DNA of 64,000 nucleotides from Octopus vulgaris (Eukaryota): NCBI GenBank assembly GCA_951406725.2, contig OX597827.1, positions 4,402,001 to 4,466,000 of the forward strand, read 5' to 3'. Shown piece by piece: positions 11,575 to 25,068 of this stretch (position 1 is its first letter; each line of letters starts with the position of its first letter). The notes under the pieces were generated by a model. It saw only the letters and a program-made list of their open reading frames with translations, ran no database searches and was not told where the DNA came from. The position numbers and the translations under genes were made by a program.

Positions 11575-12288
11575 GTGTTTGACAAAGCTCTCAAGGATTT
11601 TGTTTACTTCTTTGAGTAAGAAAATTTCTATAGGTTTTCATCTCATTTTATTTCTCCCTCTCTTTTCTTTTCTTGCCCTCTTTTTTCCTTCTCTATCCTA
11701 AAGATTAAAATTCACATCAAATTTTTTTATTTATCAGTCATATAATTTATACACATAACCACACATTCACAACGTGCATAGACAAATACACATACACACA
11801 CACACGTGTGTATGTGTGTATGTGTTTTGTACGCATATATGTGTGTATATGGGTGTGTGTCTGTTTCTTTGTGTGTGTGTGGTGTGTGTGTATGTGTATA
11901 TGTACACATACACACATATATATATATATAAATATCATATGATTATATATACATATGTATATATATGTACACACACACACACACATATGTACATATATAT
12001 ACATACTTACACACACTCACACATGCATACACACATGGTAATTTCTCCAGGGTTAGTATCTCTAAATTAGTCTGTTAAAGTAAAAGGTATTTGGGTGTAG
12101 AAATCCTGTCAAAGCTGGATCGTATGAACAAGAGACAGAACCCCAGCAATCTAGAAGGGCATTAACTGCCAATAAGAACTGATTTAGTATATGACAATCC
12201 ATCAAACCCATGCCAGCACTTGAAAGTGGATGTGAAGATATAAAGATATTGATGATAATTATGAGGATGACAATATCTGTGTACATCA

Positions 12289-12324
<36 letters not shown>

Positions 12325-12384
12325 TGTAGGTATGTATGTATGTATGTATGTATGTATGTATATATGTATGTATGTATGTATGTA

Positions 12385-13195
12385 CTAGACTTGACAGACG
12401 TAAATAGACACCTTTATAATCATTAAATTTTTTTTAAATCTGGAATTACACATTCAAATTATTTATTAATTATTATAATGTGAATATTTAATATTTAGTA
12501 GAAATGCCCTTTGCATTTTTCAATGCAAGGACCCTATTAGGCATCTTACTGACCAGATGATGAATATTCTCTTGCAGAATTTCTTGCCAAGTTTCATGCA
12601 GTAATCTCAAAAGATCTTGCTTTGAAGATGCTTTCTTGTTCTTTTTATGAAGTATCCTGTCCATTATGTCCCAGAGGTGCTCAATAAGGTTCATATCTGG
12701 TTACTGGGTTAACCATGGAAGCTTTTTAATGCCATTTTCATCCAGTAAATCTTGGGTCATTTTAGTTGTGTAACAAGGAGCCCCATCTTCCATAAATAAA
12801 GAGTCTGCTTTAATCATTTCACCACTGGAGAAGATTGGAAGGAGTACTTTCTGCAATATGGATACATATTCATCTGAGTTTATGTTTCCCTCACACTCAA
12901 CCATCTCTGATCATCCATTGCTCCAAATTGCTCCCTAGACCATCACAGAATTATTGCCATGTTTCATTGTTGGCTGCAATCTTTTCACATCAAATTCTTG
13001 ATCACAGTGTCTTCAGACCCACACTCGACCACTGTTAGGAAATACAGCAAATCTAGACTCATCAGAGAATATGACAGTGTCCCAAAATGCTAGTGGCCTC
13101 TCCACCATCCCACTGACCCAATCTTTTCTCACTTGATGTTGGGTGGTTGAAGAAGTATATGTATTCATGTAAGTCAGAAAATTCTTACAATTCAC
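12385..13195 (-). mobile_element. Tc1 transposon 3' half, DD34E transposase pseudogene
   Basis: FSDESRF ... EDGAPCYT ... WLTQ*PDMNLIEHLW; 34 residues between the second D and E; stops and frameshifts present. Confidence 0.9.
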
Positions 13196-13447
13196 ACATA
13201 CATTTCTGCCATCAAGATGTAAATCATTTGTCTCACTCCTCTCTGTCTGTCTGTCTGTCTGTCTGTGTCTCTCTCTCTCTCTCTCTCTTTCTTATTGTCT
13301 TTTCCCCCATCCCCCTCTCTATAACAAAGGAAAAGCTTATACATGGTCACTTCATCTGCAAGAAATAAAAGCCTGATAGAAGCCAAATAGAAGTCAGGGT
13401 ATGGATAAATTGTCACATTTAATAAAATTAGGATGCTTTAAATCCTT

Positions 13448-13673
13448 TCACCCTTTTGTATTCAAATAACTCTATCAAATTTAATACTTATTTATTCACA
13501 TTGTTTTAATTAATAATGTGTTATCTTGTAGCTTTGAGATTTCCACGATGCAATTGTATATTTTTTAAATGACATTGTAGCATACATGTAAGAGGCCAGA
13601 TCTTGACTGTTTGAGCATGAAACAGATAAAAGATTTGGGCCAGATGTGGCCAGTTTAAATGCTAGAGGGTTAA
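13448..13673 (+). mobile_element. piggyBac-like MITE family 1
   Basis: CCCTTT...AATGCTAGAGGGTTAA termini and the shared body. Confidence 0.7.
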
Positions 13674-14174
13674 ACTTGCTTAATTCTATGTCAAAGAAAG
13701 AATTATATGGACGTAAAATTTCATTGTCTTCTCATTAATAAAATCTTGGGAGCAGATGGAGTCTTTTAAATATCATTTCTTTTTTTTTGTAAGTATTACC
13801 TGGTATTTGTCAGTTTGAAGACACCTGGTATAATGTCATAATGTCATTATTTTGTCCAAATATCAAACCTAATTAGTGATCAAAATCATTAATTATTAGT
13901 TTTTGTTTTGTCCCTGTTTTCTGTATACTACTTGAAAGTTCCTGAGGCAATTCCTGAATTTTCATTTTGATGATTTTGATATTAGTGTAACTGTGTCTAT
14001 TTTTTTTTACTGTTTTGTCTCAGTAGTTCAATGAGATTCGTTCACAAGATATTCCAGCCATAACCATATTGCCTTATTTTAGACATATTTTTCAACAATT
14101 TCAAGTTTACATTTTCCATACGGATAAGGAGACATAAAGACATATGTATGTACACACACACACAAACACACACA

Positions 14175-14315
14175 TTCTATTAATCAAATCCATTCAAAAG
14201 ACTTTGGTTGGGCCTGGGCTATAGCAGAGGACACTTGCTCAAGATGACATTCAGTGGAACTGAACCAGAAACCATATAATTGAGAAGCAAACTTCTTAAT
14301 CACACAAGCATGCCT
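14175..14315 (-). mobile_element. Degraded family-A SINE head
   Basis: CTATAGCAGAGGACACTTGCTCAAG..GAACTGAACC. Confidence 0.65.
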
Positions 14316-15124
14316 ACACATTACAACAAAACACAGTTATGCATAACAAAGTAAGTAACAGAATTTTACACCAAAAGCCACTCAAATATTTATCACAATA
14401 GAGCTTAGCATGTGTCATAAAGTTTATCAATGTCACTAAGTTGTACAGGTTTTGTTGGTGAAATACACACAACAACCAGTATGGCTGATGCTATATAAAC
14501 TAACCTTTCTTGATGTTAGTTTATATAGTGTCATTCCTGATGATGGACCTTTTAGCCTGAACTGTAAAAAGGTTATTAAACTTTTTCCTGTTGCATTGTA
14601 AGTTCCCCATCCTCATTATTATATCATTATATACTGGTGTTTATCACATTGAAAGCAATACAGGTTTGGTCACAATTTATCATATATGCATCACAATAAT
14701 AATAATAAGGAAACAGTGGAATTTGTGATGTGGTACCTAATTCTAGTTTATGCCACAATGAAACATTTACAGATGTTACAATGAGTCAATGAACAAGGTC
14801 ACAAAGTAAGTGTTACAGGTTTGGATCACAAAGCAACATAGGAGTGTGGATTGATAGAATATTTTTCAGTGATTTGGTTTATCAATTCTCCTTGACATTA
14901 GTGGCATTGTGGATAAAAAAAAAGCATTATGACTGCTAATTTAGGAATAAACATCTCTTGTTCAAGATCAAAGCAAACAAAATGCAATCATCATCATCAT
15001 CAACATCATCAACTGCTTTTCATGCTGGCATGTGTTGGATGGGTCATTTAGTTCTTATTCATAGTCACTGTCATCATAGACATATTTTTGAATATCACAT
15101 CTTGCTTGCATGTTAGTGTAGAAT

Positions 15125-15378
15125 CAATGGTTCTCAACCCAGGGTGTACATGACCTTTGGAATTCTATATAGGTCTTTATTGTTAAAATTTATGTGCAAT
15201 AAATTGGTTATACTTCTGCTACACACAAAATATTTTAACAACTTTTTTTATATATAATACCTGATATGATTATAAAAATATAATTGGATTTTTTAAAATA
15301 GTGAATGGCTATGAGGGTCCACCCAAGTAAAATAAGAAGCAAAGAGGTCTATAGGCTAAAAATGGTTGAGAACCACAG
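15125..15378. mobile_element. hAT (Charlie-type) MITE
   Basis: TIRs CAATGGTTCTCAACC / GGTTGAGAACCACAG; similar flanks GTGTAGAAT / GTGTAAAT are consistent with a decayed 8-bp TSD. Confidence 0.75.
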
Positions 15379-16288
15379 GTGTAAATGTAAATATTGAGAG
15401 AAAAAGACTTCGTTTCCAAATATGAACTTAATAATAAAAAAGAAAGGAAAAGGTAATCTTATTAACAGCGACTCATCTTAGAGACATTTAATTTATTCTG
15501 ATTGACAATTCAATGAAAATATAATGAACTTTAGAAATGTGAGTAATGATTTATTTTTTAGTAGCCACAAGGATTTCTACTTTCATATGAACCAACATTG
15601 ATATATATTTTTGTTATATTGTTTCATTTTGCAAGTCAATAATTGACTGCTATATTGAAAGGAATTCTCAACTTTCTAGAAACTTTACTTCCAGGCTAAA
15701 ATTTTCCCTTCTGCTTTTATGCTTAGTTCCAGGTTCCATAGAGCAGCAGACCTCAGATCAAAGCATTCCATCCATAACCAGCAAACCAGCAAGGCAGAGT
15801 TTTTGTAATTTTTTTTTTTTTAGAGATAGTGCATCTTAGGTTATGCTATCGAATGTGTTTTTCCATTCATCAGGCAGTGTAAGTGGAGGGAAGATTTGGG
15901 TGCTATTTCTAGTAGTTCAAGTGAACATTTAAATAGGCTCTTTCGAGGATTCATTTATGCATTGTATATTTTATATGGTATATGTATAATGTTAGCTTTG
16001 ATTTATTCTGGAAGAGACTGGATTCTGATTTTCAAATTTATGGCTAGAGTTTTGTTTACAATTTTGTTTTTTTTCCTGGTTGCTCTGGGGAGAATGTTTT
16101 CATGATGATAGAGTATCAGTGACCAAGTTGTAACAAAAGATTCTTAATAATATATTCTAAATGAATACATTTTAAATAACAAATATAATTCTGTTCTTGT
16201 TTTTACTTTCAGTATATGAACGGAGATAGAATTACTTGGCAAACAAAAAATAGAACAATGAACAAAATGGGATGGTAAAATGATACAT

Positions 16289-16314
16289 GAATAACAATAT
16301 CAATAATAATAATG

Positions 16315-16356
<42 letters not shown>

Positions 16357-16565
16357 TTAATAATAATAATATTAATAATAATAATAATAATAATGCTTAC
16401 AAGAAGAAGAAGAAGAAGAAGAAGAAGAAGAAGAAGAAGAAGAAGAAGAAGAAGAAGAACAACAACAACAACAACAGTACTGTGGTGGTGGTGGTGGTGG
16501 TGGTGGTGATGATGATGATGATGACGACGACAATGACGAGGAGGCGGAGGGGGAGAGGAAGAAGA
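16289..16565. repeat. Compound trinucleotide array (AAT)(AAG)(AAC)(GGT)(GAT)
   Basis: Directly visible. Confidence 0.95.
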
Positions 16566-17481
16566 ATTGGTGCAATGTAAGTAGCCAGAGTAGTTTGTGC
16601 TATGAAGGCAGCAGCTGCTGAAGTATCTGATACAAGGAGAGTAACAGTAGAAAATGCAATGGTGATACCAATTTAAGTTATTGAAATACTTAATGCTTGC
16701 AATATCATCATTGTGTTATCGTGAACAAAAATATATCATTTAGATTTATACAAATCAGAAAGTTTCATATCCCAAAAACACACACAAAAAGAAAAAAAAA
16801 ACATTGTAAAATGTAACAAAAAGAAATTGATCAGTCTTAGTGACAGTATATCAAATAAAGAAATTAAGGAATAATTTGTGTCGTTGTGTATTGAGCAATG
16901 TTTCTCATAAGAAGTGAGGTTCTGTAATGATTGAAAACAGAGCAGACAAATTGCCCTGTTTCATAAATTTAAAGCTGGTTTTAAAATATTAAAACTTGTT
17001 CCCACCGACTGTATTTTCTCTCATGCTCACTTCCTTGTATCTTGAAACGTTGCTTAGGTACCCCAACACTAACATCTTTAGCTTCAACTTCTTACCAACT
17101 ACTACTACACACCCTTATGTAATGTAGAGTAACCACGCTTGTCCTTCTGTCATACTTTTGCCACTTCCCCTTCCCTAGTATTCTCCTCCCCCCCCCCCCA
17201 TACAGACACACACTTAGTTATAGGATTTTTCCCTTTTCCATTCTTTTTTTGTCTTGAAACTTATTTGGCAACTTCACTAGTGACAGTGACATGAAGAAAG
17301 TACCCAGTATACGCTACAAGGTGGTTGGCATTAGGAAGGGCATCCGGTTATAGAAAACATGCCAAAGCTAACAATGGAACTTGGCAAAGCCCTGCAGTAC
17401 GCTGAATCCTGTCAAACCCATGCCAGGTTGAAAAACGCATGTTAAATGAGGGTGATTATGACGTTCAACATCATGGTATAT

Positions 17482-17996
17482 ACAAAGTCCCAGACACGGA
17501 AGTTCTGAAGTAGGCAGATCTCCCTAGCACCATCACAATCATGCGCAAGGCCCAGCTGAGACGGGCGGGCCACGTCTCCCGCATGTCCGACACTCGCATC
17601 CCAAAACAGCTCTTCTACGGTGAACTCGGCCAGGGCAGGCGCAAAGTCGGAGGGCAGAAGAAGCGCTACAAGCATAGTCTCAAGGTCTCTCTCAAAGACT
17701 TCTCCATCGGAACAGAGACCTGGGAGACACTTGCTGCCAACTGCTCATCCTGGCGCAGCACAATCACCGTGGGAGCAGGGACAGCCGAGGAGGGACGGAT
17801 TCGGTCAGCGGAGCAGAAATGTCAGATGCGTAAAGCCCGAGCCGCCTGCACCAGTAGCACGGCCCCTACCCACTTCTGCCCCACCTGTGGGAGGGGCTTC
17901 CTTGCTCGGATTGGCCTCACCAGCCACCTCCGGTCTCATGGCGGAAGTTCCATCAGATGATGTCAGTTGGTCATCTTCGAACCGAAGGACGAACAT
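17482..17996 (+). mobile_element. 5'-truncated RTE (BovB-like) LINE 3' end
   Basis: KVPDTEVLK*..AQLRRAGHVSRMSDTRIPKQLFYGEL..GGQKKRYK and a terminal C2H2 finger CPTCGRGFLARIGLTSHLRSH; very short 3'UTR; GC-rich. Confidence 0.92.
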
Positions 17997-18140
17997 AAAA
18001 AAATATAGAAAGAAGAATTATATGGATGCTAACCCTACATATCTTCTCATTAAAATAGAGATGGACGCAAAATAATCTTTTATTTATTTATTTTTTATTT
18101 TGTCAATCCTAGTATTTGTCAATTTGAGAAATTCTTGATA

Positions 18141-18510
18141 GGTGCAAGCATGGCTGAGTGCTTAATGAAACATGCTTTGCAACAACATGGTTTGGAGTTC
18201 AGTCCCACTTCATTGCACATTGAACATGTGTCTTCTACTATAGCCATAGGCCAACCAACGTCCTGTGTGTGAATTATGCAAATGAAAACTATGTGGAAGC
18301 TTGTCATATGTATATCTATATGTGTGTGTGTATATCTTTATGTCAATGCTTGTTTCCTCACTCCCATCATATGACAATCAGTGTTGGTTTGTTTACACCC
18401 CCATAATTTAGCAGTTCAGTGAAAAGAAAAAGCAAACAAACAATAAAATGAATACCAAAATCCTTCAAAGTGGTGCCCCTGTGACTGAAACAAGTGAAAG
18501 ATATAAAAGA
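18141..18510 (+). mobile_element. Older family-A SINE
   Basis: Diverged head, TG tract and 3' module ending GTGACTGAAACAAGTG. Confidence 0.75.
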
Positions 18511-19093
18511 TAGAAGAAATAAGATATGAAGGATGGATGCAAGGAAAGATTACAAAATGAAATCTCCATAACTTGCATACGTCAATTCTTCCTCAACCAG
18601 ATTTTAATTATTATTCTAATGTATTCTTGGTGCTTATAATGTCTAATATTAATCTGAAGCATTATTTCTCTTAAATTTGAAATTTGCAACATTTTTGTAT
18701 ATATTTTCATTCTTTTGCCAATATTAATTAAAATGAGATATTTGAATGAGGTAAGATAAAAATGGCTGAATTCTATGGTCTAATATAATTATCAACCAAT
18801 TATATTTGAATTGTTGAAGAAATCTATAGGATCTGGAGATAAACTTCATCATTTTTAACAAAATGTGAATTTTTCTATGATAGATTGACGGCAGAATGGA
18901 TGGTACAGATAATTTATCTTCTATCTTGATGAAGCAGAAGAGGCTGAGATGAGTGTATTTCATGAAATATTCAAAGCTTACAGTAGTCTAGGTTTTAAGG
19001 TCAAAGCTTAATGGACAAAGGATCAGAAGTTCACATATTGTTCCCAGTGCTGCATTACTTTGTTGAGTTACAAATATATTTACTACTAACAAG

Positions 19094-19490
19094 GTACAGA
19101 CATGTCTGTGTGGTTGAGGAAGCTTGCTTTGCAACCAAACGGTTCTGAGTCCAGTTCCATTGCACTGCACCTTAGACAAGTGTCTTCTGCTATAGCCTTA
19201 GGTTGACCAATACCATGTGAATAATTATAGTAAATGGAAACTGTAGGGAAGCCTGTCATACATATGTATCTGTATGTATCTTTGTGTATTTGTTCTTTGT
19301 CACTGCTTGAAAACTGGTGTTGGTTTGTCTATGTCCTCACAGTTTAGCAATTCAGCAAAAGAGACTACTAAAATAAGTACCAGGCTTACAAAGTATAAGT
19401 CCTGGGGTCGATCGATTTGTTTGACAAAACCCATCAAGCTAGTGCTACTGTGTAGCTGCAATCCAATGAATGAAATGAGTAAAAGAAAAT
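19094..19490 (+). mobile_element. Older family-A SINE
   Basis: Diverged full-length copy. Confidence 0.75.
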
Positions 19491-19884
19491 AATGATAACT
19501 AGCTCAGTTCTTATAATTTTGAATAGATGTAATGATGAAGAATATCCTCCATATATAAAATACCTACCAACATTAAGAAAATGGGTTTATCTTGAAAGTT
19601 AATGGATGTCCATTGAAGTAAAAGAGCAAAAAATTGTACAGGGGTATAGTAACTTTTGTTTTGTGATTGGTGACTTAGATGATTGGTTGAAGAGACTGAA
19701 AAGACTGGTTAAGATGACTAACTTAACTTGCATGAAGAAAGAAAAGGAAAAAAAAAACTCTTATGCAACCTAACTGCAGTTAGAAGTGATGGATGGAATT
19801 AATAGACAGACATTAGTGTCCATTTTGTGACACAATGAATCCAAAGATTCACTTTGTAAATAATATTTAACATTATTATCCCGA

Positions 19885-20235
19885 TGCAGGCATGGCTGTG
19901 TGGTTAAAAAGTTTATTTCCAAACCACATAGTTTCAGATTTAGTCTCACTGTGTGGCACCTTGGGCAAGTGTTCTCTACTATAGGCCCAAACCAACCAAA
20001 GCCTTGTGAGTGGATATGGTAGATGGAATCTAAAAGCAGACCAAATCATGTCAGACAAAATTCTTAGCAGCATTTCTTCTGGCTTTTTATGTTCTGAGTT
20101 CAAATGCTATCAATTCTGCTTTTCATCCTTTTGGCTCAATAAAATAAGGTAAAACTCAATTAGTAGGAGTGATGTAATTAACTATCCCGCTTCACTCAAA
20201 ATTGTTGGCTTTTTGCCAAAATTTAGAACAATTAT
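19885..20235 (+). mobile_element. Family-A SINE head joined to a degraded family-B SINE
   Basis: CCTTGGGCAAGTG head to ~20035, then TTCTGAGTTCAAAT..GCTTTTCATCCTTT. Confidence 0.7.
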
Positions 20236-23196
20236 TATTATTATTACTACTACTACTACTACTACTACTGCTACTTTCATTTCTGTTTCCCTACACCATT
20301 TGTTTTTGTATCTATATGGTTTGTCATAAAATTGGCTTTAATTCTTTGGCAGAGTCTGAAGATGCTAGGATATGAAGAAAATATATGAAATGACACAAGA
20401 TTACAGAATACAGTTTCCTGAGAGAGACGGACGAAAGGAGGAAAGAATGTAATGTAAAAAGTGACATTTGGTTGAAAATAAATGTTTGCAAATTAAGAAA
20501 AAGAATTGACCAAAGTCAAATGGACAACAGAATGTTGAAGTAAAAAAAAAAGTATTTGAAATCAAAGGTCATAACTGACCAAGACACAAAGGTCATGAAT
20601 GACCGAGACACAAACATCAAGAAACTTCTGAGTTACAAAAGCAAAAGCTTTAGGAAGATTAAACGAGTAAAAAAATGAGTTGAGAGAGATCTGAAACTAG
20701 TCAGGTTAGTAAAGTGTTGAGTTATTATTTGAATACCTGATGGTTTTGTATCTGAAAGCTGGTACTTTAGATGTGTTTCTGGCAAAACCACAACACACTT
20801 TTTCTTATATAGTCCTAATATGACTCTTATTGCACAAACCCTAAAAAAATAAGCAGCGACTGTCTTTTAGTTTTGTATTCAGTGTTTTAAGGTTTAGAGT
20901 ATTTTGTGTGTCCTTCTTATGATTTGATTTGAGAGAGATTTGGCTGGTATATCTTGCAGGTAGAGTGACCATGTAGAGGCTACATTGTTGTATCCTTTAC
21001 ATGTTGTTATGTGGACTCAGGCCCACTATGATCAAACAGACTTGTGAGGAAAAGTGTTCCAACCATGATCATCCCATTTTTATTTGTTTTATAGTGATGC
21101 CATTATTGAATTAACCAACAATATCTACAGACTACTAGAAATGGCAGCAGCAAAGAAGCTATTCCACTGTAGTTCTTAAACTTCCATCTCTAGTGACACC
21201 ATCTTACTAAGATTTGGCTGGAGAATAAATCTTTTGCTGCCACGGCTTTCCAGCTAGATCAGTGTGTTATTTCCAACAAAAGAGTGGTCTGAAAAACAGA
21301 CATCAAGAGAGCCCCCAAGGAAATACAAAGCAGCTGAAAGCACCTCAAAGTGACTGTGGTTGACCAGAGATTAAATTTGGAACACTTCTTCTAGCAAAGA
21401 CTAAATCAGTCCTTGCTGCCTCACTCAGGCAAAACGTACGGGCCATTTGGAGTGAAATGCTTGTGACTTGCTAATGATACAGAAGAGCTTCTGACATTGC
21501 AGTGCAATGCAATGCAATGCTTGCAATAACTTCTGCACTTTCTGTACAGTACAAAGCATCATTGATGTTTATTTCACCTGTACCTTGCTATGTAAAATTT
21601 GGATGCTCTCTTTAACATATTTATGGTATGGCTAAGTAGTGGATAGAGGACATTCAATGAAATTAAAACTGTGAGTGGGAGGAACCAGCACAGAAGCTGC
21701 TTACAAAACATATTTCAGGGTAATACGTAAAAAGAACAGGCTAAACACAAAAATGTTTACTTGTTAACCCAAAGTTCATTCTATTTGAAGCCAAATAGAG
21801 ATTTGAAATGAATCAGATAGAAAAGACAGAACACAAAAATGCTCACTAATTAACCGAGAGTGTACTTTATTTGAATTCAAATACAGACTTGAAATTAAAT
21901 TAGATAAAAAGTTGTTTGAGTTATCAATTGAATGTAAAGAAGAGTAAGTCATTGATAGATAAGATAAAGCATGGTTTTTACATCATGTAGATTTTAAAAT
22001 CTACTGGCTTCATCTTGGATCAAGCCACTTTTATTTTGAATGGCGGCAAGAATAATGGTGATTGTTATCAATACAATGCTAGGTGTGATAAGGAAAGTAG
22101 TAGTGATGCTAGCAGAGGTGGAAATAGTAGTGATATGATATTGATAGGATAGTAAATATGATTTTGTAAAGTAAAAATTTGAATAAAAACACATTAAATG
22201 CACGAGGAAAGATAAGATGTATTGCTGCTGCAATGTATCAGAATATTTGCTTTTATGAAATTACAATATCAATGACAATCGCATCGTATCAATGAAGGAA
22301 AAAAATTCAGTTGCAAAAGTTTGCAATTGTCCAATAGGAAAAGCAATTCAACCAATGCTTTGTTTGCATTTTGTTTCCATAGAATTTTATATTATTCATT
22401 CTTGCAATTTTCAAATATTTTAGCCAATATACAAGATGCTTTTTTTTTTGTTTTTGTTTTGTTTTTGTTTTGTTTTTTTCCGCTACCGACAACCAATTGG
22501 GTTATATCTGTAACAAACCATTCAAATATTTTCAGATAATTATTTTTTAATAAAATAGTTTATTTTAGTCTCTCACAAAAATATTTGCAGTTTGAAGGCT
22601 TTTTTTATGACTAGAATTGAAAATTGATTAGCTGGTTGGAATTAGTTGTTTGTGTGATTTCGAAATTTTTTTTCCCCTTTATTTTTAATTTCAGTTGTAA
22701 AACTAACAAACAAACAAAACAAAACAAAAATGATTAAATATGGAGTTGATTTTTTTTTTAAATGTCAATATTAGTAATTACTGTTTCATGTTAAATGTTA
22801 GAAATGCCAAGTGCAGTCTACCATATCATTACCATTTCCTTGTAAGTGCTTAATTCTCATCAGATTCATGACAGTAGGAACCACATATTATTGAATTTTA
22901 CTTTCCAATTCATTCATACAGTGTCCAGCAGGCATTGCTCAATGTAACAAGCATAACCAAAGGACAGACATTACTACGATTTGAAGCAGAACCCATGCAA
23001 TTACTAAGAATGACTGCAAGCATTGATCATCAAGAGCATTAGTTCATGCAATGCAGTATTATAAATAACCATTTGCCAGAGGTATCAAAGCAAACTGGTT
23101 CAAACTCAGCTACAATGCAGATGACATCTGTATGAACAATTGATCTGTTTCAAACAACGTTCTCCATCAACACATGAAATATTCAGTATGTTTATG

Positions 23197-23271
<75 letters not shown>

Positions 23272-25068
23272 TAAGAGGGAGGAGAGAAGAGAAATGAGAA
23301 CAAACAACTGACAAGAGTTGCATACACAAATGCATTAGTTTGTGTTGTTAAAATATTAGAGATATTATTTGATCATCATCACAACCACCACCACCACTAC
23401 CACCACCACCACCACCACCACCATCACCACCACCACCATCACCATCACCATCAGCAGCAGCAGCAACACTGTTATTGCCCCATTCACCATCACTGTCATC
23501 ATCCCCACCATCAGCAGCAAGTGCATCATTGTCCTCATTTTTATGTCCACTTTTTTCCATGCTGGCATGGGTGGAGCGAGACTTGCTGAGATAGTATTAT
23601 AGACTTAGATACCCTTCCTGTCACCAACCTCAGTTTTACAATAAAAATATTTCCAAGTTTCATGCAAACTGCCAAGTGGGATTTTTTGTTTATGGAGGAA
23701 AACAAACATAGACATTCACACTACTAAGCTGAACAGTGTCGATACAGACACATGCACACACACATATACATGCACATACACCCACTCACACATACATATA
23801 TCCTCACCAGCTTTCTGTCTAGTTTCAATCAATCAATTCCACTCACATGGAATAGTAAACAACACGTGCTATACACTGAAACAGAATCTAAAATCATGTG
23901 ATTGGGAATCAAACTTCTTTGCTATACAGCCATACCTCCTCCCATAATGCATCAGCAAATTTAGTGGTAAGCGGATGTTACCCAAACGTGTAATAAATTT
24001 GGGTAGTTCTATAGCTATGGAATTTTTGTGCTCAAATATAAACTGAGCATGATATGCTTCAATAATTCAACTAACTTCAGTTTTTTCTTTTAAAGAGGTT
24101 GATGATTTTATGAGATAATGGGATTAATCCACAAAAAAATATGACACAAATAATTTGTTTAGGGATTAATTATGAAGAATTAATTATTGACAACAAAATT
24201 CAACATGGTGAGTTAAAATGAAAGAGTTACCAAATCGTTAAGATTCATGTTCAAGAGCGATGGTATAAAGTTGTTGAGTTTGGCAGATTTTCATCCATTA
24301 AAATATGTGATGACTACAGCATTTTAATCACTAAGCTATTATTCTATAAAATAAACCCAAAAATAGCCATCAGCAGGTGAACAACTCTATTAACTACATG
24401 ATGTCGATAAAAAATGGTTTTAGAGAAGGGCATATCTATTTTTGATGGTATTGGGGAAGTAAATGAAGTATCAATAGTTGGGAATTGAACCTGCGACACA
24501 AATTCAGTTCTTTAAGAATCTTGTCTGTCACCTACGCTGATAATTTCAAATACTGATTTATTTCTTTGCAATAAGGTAAACTTTGAAAAAGAGGATTACA
24601 CTCAAAATAATAAAGCTTAATATGTTATTGTATTATAATGAGGGAGACTGAACCAACAAGGAAGCTTCTATGTGGTCATTCAACTTGCTAGAAATGACAA
24701 TTAAATTACCCTCACTTCACACCCTGCTGTCTCAAAAAATGGACACATGTGATGTTTTCTAATTTAGGCACAACGCTTATGGTTTCTTTTTTTTTGTGTG
24801 TGTGTGTGTGAGGAAGTTAGTTGATGATAGCAACTCCAGTATTTGAGTGGTATTTATTTTACTGACACTGGAGAGAACCAGCAAAGTTGACCTTGTGGGA
24901 TTTGAAGTGATTCATTAAATAAAGCAGTCTTAAAGAAATCATTCACAGAATGATCTTGACTAGAACACCTTTGTTCATTAGTCTATTAAATCAAGGCTAA
25001 CCTGGGGTTAAATAGCAACAACAAAAACAAAACAAAAGAAATTGAAGGAAATCAAAGACAACTTAACT

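Noticed and set aside
6306-13195. The two Tc1 halves as one inverted element
   Set aside because: Termini do not match and the overlapping FSDES regions differ; different families.
17541-17960. Host C2H2 zinc-finger gene
   Set aside because: A single finger at the C-terminus of an RTE ORF, with an in-frame stop upstream.
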